Part shown: piece by piece, positions 17,502 to 25,205 of the stretch
How the letters are laid out: each line of letters begins with the position of its first letter
How positions within the stretch are numbered: position 1 is the first letter of the stretch
The notes under the pieces: model-generated
Seen by the model: only the letters and a program-made list of their open reading frames with translations
Databases searched by the model: none
Told to the model about the DNA's origin: nothing
Assembly (NCBI RefSeq): GCF_000253055.1
Contig: NC_016070.1
Span: forward strand, 1,800,001 to 1,832,000
DNA length: 32,000 nt
Source: Thermoproteus tenax Kra 1
GTDB lineage: Archaea > Thermoproteota > Thermoprotei > Thermoproteales > Thermoproteaceae
Direction of reading: 5' to 3'
Program-made: the position numbers and the translations under genes

Positions 17502-17752
17502 TTTCTCCTACCTCTTTTGGCTACGTCGCTCTCCTTTACATATATACTTTGTCCCAACAGCGATTGGTCTATTGAGACCGGCCTCACTAGGCCGTAAGGG
17601 CTGTCTACTCTCCCGATTACGTCATAGATTGTGCCGACCCTCTTCATAGAGTAAGTGTATACTGGAATATATAATGGGGGGACTGTAGATAATTTTACAA
17701 CCAGATTCTTTAGATTAGTATAATGGTGAGCAATACCAATACGTCTGAGCAT
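17498..17752 (-). CDS. Gar1-like H/ACA RNP protein
   Basis: 84 aa: YSMKRVGTIYDVIGRVDSPYGLVRPVSIDQSLLGQSIYV matches the Gar1 core. Upstream of tfb as in many archaea. Confidence 0.8.
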   Translation of the reverse strand: MLRRIGIAHHYTNLKNLVVKLSTVPPLYIPVYTYSMKRVGTIYDVIGRVDSPYGLVRPVSIDQSLLGQSIYVKESDVAKRGRRK

Positions 17753-17847
17753 AGTGTCTATAGCCGCGCGTTTATTAAAGGTTCCCCCCTAATTGTGATA
17801 TCTTCTGTGTTATCCATCCTCCGCAGAACCACGACGTACGCCCTCCT

Positions 17848-17891
17848 TTATAACCGAAGGCCTCGCCCTTAGGGCGGGGAGTGCGGGTCAT
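17848..17891. repeat. Copy C of dispersed palindromic element
   Basis: CCTCGCCCT-T-AGGGCGGGG (17861-17879) flanked by TTATAACCGAAG and AGTGCGGGTCAT. The reverse complement reads ATGACCCGCACTCCCCGCCCTAAGGGCGAGGCCTTCGGTTATAA. Confidence 0.6.
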
Positions 17892-17938
17892 GCCGCTAGG
17901 ATCCCCTTAGATATTTTTATTAATGGTCAATTGACTCC

Positions 17939-18388
17939 GTGGGCGAGGAAGTCGCTAATGAGGACGAGACTCTGACGGAGATTGAAATACAGATACTCCA
18001 GGGCATCGAACGCCTCGGCGGAAGCTATCAACAGAGGAATCTATGGAAGTACATAGGCATTGATAGTAAGACAGGTTTGCCCATATTGAGCAGGCTTGAG
18101 AAGAGAGGTTTGATAAAAAAGGAGAGAGTTGGAGGCGAGAGGAGGGGGGTCTACGTGATCAAGCTCACGGAGAAAGCGTATAAACTGCTGTCTGAGCTAA
18201 GGGAGAAGGCCGAGGAGGGCGGTGGTCCCGCCGTTGAGAGACTCAGCGAGGAGCTCAGAATTCTCCTCTCGATACCGTGTACCGTCTGTCCCTATATAGA
18301 TCGGTGTGGCTTCGGCTTCATAGACCCCTTACATTGTGACCTATTAACAAGGTGGTCTCTGTCGCTACAAAATGAGCGAGCCTATTAG
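17939..18388 (+). CDS. Winged-helix Fe-S type transcription factor, TFE-beta (RPC34/RPC39 homolog) candidate
   Basis: wHTH followed by CTVCPYIDRCGFGFIDPLHCDLLTRW, a C-x2-C-x4-C-x8-C arrangement as in crenarchaeal TFE-beta. Confidence 0.75.
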   Translation: MGEEVANEDETLTEIEIQILQGIERLGGSYQQRNLWKYIGIDSKTGLPILSRLEKRGLIKKERVGGERRGVYVIKLTEKAYKLLSELREKAEEGGGPAVERLSEELRILLSIPCTVCPYIDRCGFGFIDPLHCDLLTRWSLSLQNERAY

Positions 18389-18935
18389 ATCTTTTATAGC
18401 AGTCGACGTAACCGCCAAGGCCGTTATAGAGGCCGTATCGAGGCTACAGAGAGAGCTTTTGAGCACGGGGGCCGATCTGAAGCCAGTGGAGCTCCACAAC
18501 CTTCATTTGACTCTCATCTTCTTGGGGGAACAGCCCAAGCGGACATTAGACGAAGTAGCGAAAAAGTTGGAGCAATTAAACTTTAGGAGGTTCGAGGTAG
18601 AGTTCAGAGGCGTCGGAGCGTTCCCTAACTCGTCGAGCCCGCGCGTGATATGGGTGGACGTAGGCAGAGGCCGCCGGGAGCTCGTCGACTTGGCGCACGC
18701 GGTGAGAGAGCTTGTGAGAGATATAGCGAGGGAGGACGAGGAATTCACGCCGCATTTAACCATCGCTAGGGTTAAGGGGCCGAGAAACAAGGAGAAACTG
18801 GCCGAGATGATAGGTAGACACAGCTCGGACGTATTCGGAGCTGTCGAGGTCTCTGAGGTCAAGCTCAAGAGATCCATCTTAACGCCGCGGGGTCCCATCT
18901 ATAGCGATCTATACGTGAAAAGGCTGTCCGCGTGA
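18372..18935 (+). CDS. thpR: RNA 2',3'-cyclic phosphodiesterase / 2'-5' RNA ligase
   Basis: Two HxTxxxL/I motifs: HNLHLTLIFLG and FTPHLTIARVKG. Confidence 0.94.
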   Translation: MSEPIRSFIAVDVTAKAVIEAVSRLQRELLSTGADLKPVELHNLHLTLIFLGEQPKRTLDEVAKKLEQLNFRRFEVEFRGVGAFPNSSSPRVIWVDVGRGRRELVDLAHAVRELVRDIAREDEEFTPHLTIARVKGPRNKEKLAEMIGRHSSDVFGAVEVSEVKLKRSILTPRGPIYSDLYVKRLSA

Positions 18936-20224
18936 TGACTATAGAGGAAGTCCTCAGAGAGGCGTCTGCGCTTGTGACGCCCGGGCCCGAGTTGGCCAAG
19001 GAGGCTAGGGAGATCTCGACTCGCTTCACAGAGTACGTGGAGAGCTTGTTGTTGAGACTCGGCATTGAGGGAGAGGTGAAGCCCCTGGGCTCCTCCGCTA
19101 GGGACACATGGCTACCTGAGAGCGCCGATGTTGATATATTTATAATTCTACCCAGGAGGTACGAGAGAGGGCTCATAGACGCCTTGGTTGAAAAAATAAA
19201 GGCTGAGATGCTCAGAGACGGCATAGTCGCTGAGACAAGATATGCAGAACATCCCTATGTTGTCGTCCGCGAGGGCAGATGGGAAGTCGACGTAGTCCCA
19301 TGCTTTCAGATCTCGCCCGGCGAGAGGCCTCTCACAGCTGCGGACAGATCCCCGCTCCATCACGCATATCTCTCCGCGAGGCTCGACGAACGGCTGAGGC
19401 TGGAGGTAAGGCTGTTGAAGAGGTTCTTAAAGACCATTGGCGTCTACGGAGCCGAGGTGAAAGTGGAGGGATTCTCCGGCTATCTGGCTGAGCTCTTGAC
19501 TGTACACTTCGGGTCCTTCATTTCAGTTTTGAAGAACGCCGCGACTTGGAGGCCCTACCGAACGGTGATAGATCCAGCGGGCCACTACGGGGATCCCCGC
19601 GAGCTTCGGAGAAAGTTCAAGAGTCCCCTCGTCGTAGTAGATCCAGTAGATCCCAATAGGAATGTGGCCGCGGCGGTTTCCTTGACATCGTTTTCCACCT
19701 TCGTGCTTGCCGCCAGAAGGTTCCTCAAGAGCCCCTCTCTGTCCTATTTTGTCCCAAGGCGTAGCGACAGCTACGTGCCAGTGCCAGCCTTGGTGATCAG
19801 GTTTGAATATCCGCATAAATCGCCTGACGTCGTCTGGGGCATGTTTAAACGGTATGCAAGAGCGCTCGCCAACAAGCTAGAGGAGTGCGGATTCAAAGTG
19901 ATGAGGGTTGGCGTTGATAGCGATGAGAGGACGTACGTGGACGTGGCTTTACTCCTCGAGTCGCTTCGCTTGCCGGAGTTCGAGCTACATAGAGGCCCTC
20001 CGGCGTACAGCGAGTCGGCGGATAAATTCGTGGAGAAATATCTGGGCCAAGACGTGGTGGGTCCCTTCGTTGAGGGCACGCGCGTGTACGTTATACGTCG
20101 CAGGAAGGTGCAAGATGCCGAGATGTGTATAAAGAAGGCGCTGAAAGAGCTGGGTCTCTCGCCCACTGAGATAAAACTCGGCGTATACCCGCCCCTCTCT
20201 GGAGGGAACCCCTGGATAACTTAA
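18932..20224 (+). CDS. cca: CCA-adding enzyme, archaeal class I tRNA nucleotidyltransferase
   Basis: PLGSSARDTWLPESADVDIFIILP catalytic motif, EVDVVPCFQI, KVEGFSGYLAELL. Confidence 0.95.
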   Translation: MMTIEEVLREASALVTPGPELAKEAREISTRFTEYVESLLLRLGIEGEVKPLGSSARDTWLPESADVDIFIILPRRYERGLIDALVEKIKAEMLRDGIVAETRYAEHPYVVVREGRWEVDVVPCFQISPGERPLTAADRSPLHHAYLSARLDERLRLEVRLLKRFLKTIGVYGAEVKVEGFSGYLAELLTVHFGSFISVLKNAATWRPYRTVIDPAGHYGDPRELRRKFKSPLVVVDPVDPNRNVAAAVSLTSFSTFVLAARRFLKSPSLSYFVPRRSDSYVPVPALVIRFEYPHKSPDVVWGMFKRYARALANKLEECGFKVMRVGVDSDERTYVDVALLLESLRLPEFELHRGPPAYSESADKFVEKYLGQDVVGPFVEGTRVYVIRRRKVQDAEMCIKKALKELGLSPTEIKLGVYPPLSGGNPWIT

Positions 20225-20262
20225 AGATTTTGAGGCATGAATTTAAATTTCGAAGAAAAATG

Positions 20263-20682
20263 AATGCCATGGATGTATACACTTTGAAGTTCTACAAGAG
20301 GGCATCGGACTTCCTCGCGGAGTTAGATAGAGAAATAGCAGATCTGGAGAACTCCACGAGGGCTCTCGGCGCCGAGGTTGAGCAATTGAAATCCGCCGCC
20401 GATAAGTATATGAAGATCCAGAACCTAGTGAAGAAGTTCGGAGGGGGAGAGACGGAGCACCCGCCTGTCGAGGTAACGGGTCTAGGCATATATATAGAGC
20501 CGAGCCCGTCCACGAAGTACAATATCTACGTCCAGTCCTATTCCCATATGCTCGACCTACTCTCTGTACTAAAGAAGGTGAGGGAGGTGGCAGGGGCCGT
20601 GATAAAGGAGGGAGATCTGTCGGAGGCTCCTGTGGCGGTTCAGTTTAAACAGGGAGTGCCCGTCAAGCTAATTATTCTGTAA
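20263..20682 (+). CDS. Hypothetical protein with N-terminal coiled-coil region
   Basis: In-frame ATG at 20263 gives MNAMDVYTLKFYKRASDFLAELDREIADLENSTRALGAEVEQLKSAADKYMKIQNLVKKFGG. The track start at 20230 overlaps a TATA-like/AT-rich stretch. No family recognised. Confidence 0.6.
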   Translation, partial: NAMDVYTLKFYKRASDFLAELDREIADLENSTRALGAEVEQLKSAADKYMKIQNLVKKFGGGETEHPPVEVTGLGIYIEPSPSTKYNIYVQSYSHMLDLLSVLKKVREVAGAVIKEGDLSEAPVAVQFKQGVPVKLIIL

Positions 20683-21469
20683 GAATTAAACGTCGGAAGG
20701 TTACCCCTCCGACTATTATAGGTGCATTCTTCTCAACGCCTAACCTACGCGCCAATACATCGCATTTTGCGCGGAACAGCAAAAGCGCAGGCTTCCCGAG
20801 GCCCCACTCAAGGTACGCCTCGGCGTTTGCTATGCCCTTGGCTATCAAGAAGCCGCCCTCAAGCCACCTAATAGGCGATATATTGCCGGGCGTCCTCAGC
20901 TGGCTTCCCAGCGGGAGCGAGTCCCCCATTGTGTCTATCTCATACGGCTCAGACCTCACAACGGATGTCACCGATATTCCGTTCCTCTCCAGGGCTTGTA
21001 TAACGACGTAGTCGATCTGAGCCTCGCCCTCGTTGTCAAGGACGTAGAGGACTCTCTCCGGTATCCTCTCCGGTATCTCCTCTATCGCTGGCTCGTCCCA
21101 GATAGCCAGCTCTAGCTTCTTAGGCTTATAACCTAAGACGTTTGAGTCGATTATATTGGCGGCTGCGGCGATGCGCAGAGCCATCTTGAGGTCCCATCCG
21201 CTTGCCTCTAACTTCCTCTCTACGATAGACGCGACCTCCCTCCCTATTTCAACGAGCCTCTTCTTATATTCTGCGTATGGATCTTGTGAGCTCAACAGCC
21301 TGGCCACCTCCCTGAAGCTCTCCGCGAAGGCCTCGCTCCTGCTCCCCTTTTGTATCGCCTCAGAGAGATACGAAAGTAGCTTGGGCAGATTGTGGACGCC
21401 CCCCAGCTTTATTAGATCAGAGGTTCTGGACTGAATAAGGCAGAGCTTGCATTCATTCTCAAGCCACAT
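20672..21469 (-). CDS. DUF89 (ARMT1-like, damage-control phosphatase-like) family protein
   Basis: N-terminal CKLCLIQSR, mid-region AAAANIIDSNV, VLYVLDNEGEAQIDYVVIQAL, MGDSLPLGSQL ... IAKGIANAEAY. Confidence 0.8.
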   Translation of the reverse strand: MWLENECKLCLIQSRTSDLIKLGGVHNLPKLLSYLSEAIQKGSRSEAFAESFREVARLLSSQDPYAEYKKRLVEIGREVASIVERKLEASGWDLKMALRIAAAANIIDSNVLGYKPKKLELAIWDEPAIEEIPERIPERVLYVLDNEGEAQIDYVVIQALERNGISVTSVVRSEPYEIDTMGDSLPLGSQLRTPGNISPIRWLEGGFLIAKGIANAEAYLEWGLGKPALLLFRAKCDVLARRLGVEKNAPIIVGGVTFRRLILTE

Positions 21470-22472
21470 TGTTTAGGACTTCGGCGACTTTTAATATATC
21501 CTCCCTTGTGACATCGCCCATAACGCCGACTCTGACGACTTTGTCCTTGTAGGGCCCCATGCCGGCGCTTGCCACATAGCCGGCATCCCTCAGAGACTTA
21601 AGGGCGCTCTTCACATCGTTGACGAAGAACGCGGCAACCGTGTTGCTCCTGAAGCGAGGCTCTGGCACAGGCTTAAGCTTTACAGATCCATAAAGCAGAT
21701 CCATGCGTTCCCTGTGCATTTCGACGTATCTTTCGAGCCCGAGCCCCAAGATGTACTCCAGAGATGCCTCAAGTGCGTAGATCACAGATATGGGGGGCGT
21801 ATAGGGGGTATCTAGAGTTGAGGGGACCTTTAAGTACCCCTTGAGGTCCATGGCCGGAGGGACCCCGCTTCTCGCGGCCGGCTCGGCGTTGAGGAAAAGG
21901 ATCGCCGCGCCGGGGGGCGCCATGAAGGCCTTGTGCGACGCAGTCGCCACCACGTCTATACCCGGGGGCAGAGGCTCCGCAGGCATGCCCGAGACGCTGT
22001 CCACCAACAACAGAGCCCCGTGGCTTTTCACTACGTCGGCCACCTTAGCTAACTGTTTATATGCTATCCCCATGCTGGTCTCGTTGTGGACTAGGGCGAC
22101 AGCCTTAACTTCTCCCATTTTTCTTATCTTGTCGTCGACTTCCTCAGGCTCAGGCGGTCTCTGCACCTCCCACTCATACACCTCGGCGCCTCGAGACCTC
22201 AGAGACGCGGTTAGCCTCTTGCCGAACTCGCCGAATACTATGGACAACACTCTGTCACCTGGATTTACGTAGTTATAGACCATTGTATCAACCGCCAGAG
22301 TGCCTGTGCCGGGCATTATAACCGGGGTGCCCGAATACACCTTCGATATTCTGTCAAGAACGGACTTGAGGCTCTGTTTAAACTCCTCAGATCTGTGGAA
22401 CGCCGGCTGTCTGTACATCGCCTTGATGACGAAGTCGGGGAGCTGTATCGGGCCCGGTGTTAAGTACTTCAT
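21459..22472 (-). CDS. Class V aminotransferase (serine/alanine-glyoxylate aminotransferase-like)
   Basis: LTPGPIQLP, MPGTGTLAVDTMVYN, VHNETSMGI, LLVDSVSGMPAEPLPPGIDVVATASHKAFMAPPG with PLP lysine. Confidence 0.92.
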   Translation of the reverse strand: MKYLTPGPIQLPDFVIKAMYRQPAFHRSEEFKQSLKSVLDRISKVYSGTPVIMPGTGTLAVDTMVYNYVNPGDRVLSIVFGEFGKRLTASLRSRGAEVYEWEVQRPPEPEEVDDKIRKMGEVKAVALVHNETSMGIAYKQLAKVADVVKSHGALLLVDSVSGMPAEPLPPGIDVVATASHKAFMAPPGAAILFLNAEPAARSGVPPAMDLKGYLKVPSTLDTPYTPPISVIYALEASLEYILGLGLERYVEMHRERMDLLYGSVKLKPVPEPRFRSNTVAAFFVNDVKSALKSLRDAGYVASAGMGPYKDKVVRVGVMGDVTREDILKVAEVLNNVA

Positions 22473-23398
22473 AGCCTCTTAACTGCCTCAAGTATATTTA
22501 GAGCCAGCTCCTCAGCCAGCCTATCATAGGCCTCGTATGTCTCAGAGCCTACGTGTGGCGTCACCACTATTTTCTCGCTTGCCAACAGCTTGCGTACCGT
22601 CTCGCTCTTTGGGGGCTCCTCCGGCAGTACGTCCAAGCCGACTCCCCACAACCTATCTATATGTTTAGCCAAGGCGTCTATATCGATGACCTCGCCTCTG
22701 CTCGTGTTCACTAGTATAGCCCCGTCTTTGATCAACGACAGCTTCTCGTTGTCGAGGAGTTTATACGTGGCGGGCGTCAACGGGACGTGGACCGAGATCA
22801 CGTCGCTCTCCCTTAATAGCCTCTCCAGAGGGACTTGGGCGGCGCCCATCTTGGCCGCCTCTGCCGACACATCGATAATATCCGACGTCACCACCTTCAT
22901 TCCGAGCGCTAGCCCATATTGGGCGACCGTGCGTCCTATTCTGCCGAACCCTATGACTCCCAGAGTCTTTCCGAAGAGCTCTTTACCTATATACTTCCCC
23001 TTGGGCCAACCGCCGGCTTTTACCTCCTTATCCAACAGAGGTATCCTCCTAGCTACTGCCAGGATAAGGCCGAGAGTCAGCTCGGCGGCGCTCCTAGTGG
23101 GTGCATTGGGCGCGTTGATCACTGCGATGCCGCGCTTGATGGCGTAGTCCACAGCTATGTTATCGAGGCCTACCCCATATCGCGCCACTATCTTGAGCCT
23201 TGTGCCGCGGTCGATGACCTCCTTATCGACCTTGGTCCTGCTCCTCACGACAAGTATTTCGTACCCCTCAATGAGTTTGAGAAGGTCCTCGCGCGAGATG
23301 CCCGGCCTATAGTCCACCTCGATATTCCCCCTCCTGAGGTGTTCCACGAGCTTGTCGCTCGTCTGATCCGCTATCAGGACCCTCATTGGCCCCCTCAT
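22469..23398 (-). CDS. serA: D-3-phosphoglycerate dehydrogenase-like 2-hydroxyacid dehydrogenase
   Basis: VRSRTKVDKEVI, ARYGVGLDNIAVDYA, GKTLGVIGFGRIGRTVA, NTSRGEVIDIDAL, VVTPHVGSETYEA. No ACT domain. Confidence 0.88.
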   Translation of the reverse strand: MRGPMRVLIADQTSDKLVEHLRRGNIEVDYRPGISREDLLKLIEGYEILVVRSRTKVDKEVIDRGTRLKIVARYGVGLDNIAVDYAIKRGIAVINAPNAPTRSAAELTLGLILAVARRIPLLDKEVKAGGWPKGKYIGKELFGKTLGVIGFGRIGRTVAQYGLALGMKVVTSDIIDVSAEAAKMGAAQVPLERLLRESDVISVHVPLTPATYKLLDNEKLSLIKDGAILVNTSRGEVIDIDALAKHIDRLWGVGLDVLPEEPPKSETVRKLLASEKIVVTPHVGSETYEAYDRLAEELALNILEAVKRL

Positions 23399-23522
23399 GA
23401 GGGGGGTTTTTAAAAATACGCCGGACTAATGTACAAGTCATTTTTAAAATGGTGTGCATTAATTCATTAAATGTGATGATATTACGGTCTACTTAACGAT
23501 GACGACGAGACCGACTACTGAG

Positions 23523-23536
23523 TTAAAATATTTTAA
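23523..23536. promoter_or_regulatory. Perfect 14-bp palindrome TTAAAATATTTTAA overlapping the probable core promoter of the wHTH-CBS gene
   Basis: Read directly; ends 20 nt upstream of ATG 23557. Confidence 0.55.
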
Positions 23537-23556
23537 TGAGTTGAACTATTTCACCG

Positions 23557-24414
23557 ATGGGAGTCTCAGACTCTATTTACAATGTCCTCAAAACCTTAGT
23601 AGAGATATACAATCGACAAAATACTCCTGTTAAATCTAAGGAGATCGCGGAGGAGCTCAAAGTCCACGAGGGGTATATACGCAATATAATGTCAGTCTTA
23701 AAATCGATGGGCCTCGTCTTGAGCAAAGCGGGACCCCACGGAGGCTATGTGCCGACATCCAAGGCCTACGATATAATCAGCAAACAGACCATGTCCGTGC
23801 CTGTGTATCACAACAACAACGTGATAGGCTATGCGCTTGATATAACGCTGATAGGGCTGTTGACTGAGAAGCCTCTGGCGTCCGTGAGAGTCTTGGGCGA
23901 TCTCTCGCCGTATTTAAACAAGGAGGTCAGAGTGGGGCCTCTGCCGAGCGGCATCGTTATATTGGGCAAACTCGTTAAGGCGGACCTCGAGTCCCTAATC
24001 GAGGTGGGCTCCGTGGTCTCAATACCGCACGTGCCTGTGAGCGAAATAATGACCAGAAAGCCCTTGACCGCCAGGCCGGACGACCCTCTGGAGAAGTATC
24101 TCGACGTGTTGTCCAAGAGAAGATATAGAGGAATCCCCGTCGTGGACGACCAAGGGAGGCCCATCGGGCTGTTAATGACGTCGAAAGTCATCGAGGCGTT
24201 GGCCCGTTGCAATCAGAACGTAAAGGTGGGCGATATAATGACGACGAACCCGCCAGTGATAAACGCCTCCGACGACATCTATGAGGCGATAGGCTCCATG
24301 ATATCGAACAACATAGGCAGACTGCTGGTCGTAGACGACGAGGGCAAGCTGGTCGGTATCGTTACTAGGACAGATATATTGAGTAGAATAGCGTCCCTAG
24401 AGCTCATAGGGTGA
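23557..24414 (+). CDS. Winged-HTH regulator with CBS domain pair
   Basis: N-terminal wHTH (SKEIAEELKVHEGYIRNIMSVLKSMGLVLSKAGPHGGY) and two CBS motifs (YLDVLSKRRYRGIPVVDDQGRPIGLL; ISNNIGRLLVVDDEGKLVGIVTRTDIL). Confidence 0.9.
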   Translation: MGVSDSIYNVLKTLVEIYNRQNTPVKSKEIAEELKVHEGYIRNIMSVLKSMGLVLSKAGPHGGYVPTSKAYDIISKQTMSVPVYHNNNVIGYALDITLIGLLTEKPLASVRVLGDLSPYLNKEVRVGPLPSGIVILGKLVKADLESLIEVGSVVSIPHVPVSEIMTRKPLTARPDDPLEKYLDVLSKRRYRGIPVVDDQGRPIGLLMTSKVIEALARCNQNVKVGDIMTTNPPVINASDDIYEAIGSMISNNIGRLLVVDDEGKLVGIVTRTDILSRIASLELIG

Positions 24415-25197
24415 GATATTGCAATCAAACTCGGCCTGTTCAACCCTTTTGAAGGCCAGATAGCCGGCCACGCGCCTTACGGCCTCGCAGAGGGCCTCCG
24501 CAGGGTCTCCCTTCCTCAACATCACCGCGGCGAAGACCGCCAAAAAAATATCGCCGCTACCCGTGGTATCCTCCACGTCTATGCTGGCGCTGTGCGCATA
24601 AAAGATCCGTTTGTTGACTGCCATGTACGCACCCAGAGCGCCTCTGGTATACAGGACTATACGCCATTTGTCGTTGAACTTAAGTATATCGCGCGGCTCT
24701 AGGGCCACATCGTCGTCTGAGAAGTGGAGTATATCTGCCTCAAGCGGCTCTGTCCTAGAGCGGATGAAGCCTTGTAGATCGACGGCCGAAATGTCTGCGT
24801 AGAAATCCACACGCCCGATCTCGTCATAGACGGGGTTTATGATGATCAAGGGCGCCTCGAATGTCCCTGATATCTTGACGGTGGGTCTCCTCAAGGCTCT
24901 GCTAGCTCTGGGCCTAACTCTGTAGTCAAGCTCGAAGACCGTGGTCGCGTCGCCCTCGATAAGCTTGGGCCTAACTCCTATCCTCGAGAGCTCCTCCTCT
25001 ATAAACTTTCTATCTTCGGGTCCCACGACGCCCACAGCCTCGACGTCATAGCCCAACGCCGTAAGGGCCATGCCCATGAAATAAGGAGGTCCGCCCATCC
25101 TCCTGGCAACTCCCTCGCTCGTTATCACGTAGTCTATAGTGGGGTTGGCTATCACTATGCTTCTCATCGGGGGCAAATCAATAATTACTTTAAACAT
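24397..25197 (-). CDS. PfkB family sugar/nucleoside kinase
   Basis: GGPPYFMGMALTALGYDVEAVGVVG and DTTGSGDIFLAVFAAVML anion-hole/catalytic motif. Confidence 0.88.
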   Translation of the reverse strand: MFKVIIDLPPMRSIVIANPTIDYVITSEGVARRMGGPPYFMGMALTALGYDVEAVGVVGPEDRKFIEEELSRIGVRPKLIEGDATTVFELDYRVRPRASRALRRPTVKISGTFEAPLIIINPVYDEIGRVDFYADISAVDLQGFIRSRTEPLEADILHFSDDDVALEPRDILKFNDKWRIVLYTRGALGAYMAVNKRIFYAHSASIDVEDTTGSGDIFLAVFAAVMLRKGDPAEALCEAVRRVAGYLAFKRVEQAEFDCNISPYEL

Positions 25198-25205
25198 CTT
25201 CCACT

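Noticed and set aside
22590-23147. 185-aa ORF antisense to serA
   Set aside because: Serine/proline-rich antisense translation with no recognisable motif. serA on the opposite strand is certain.
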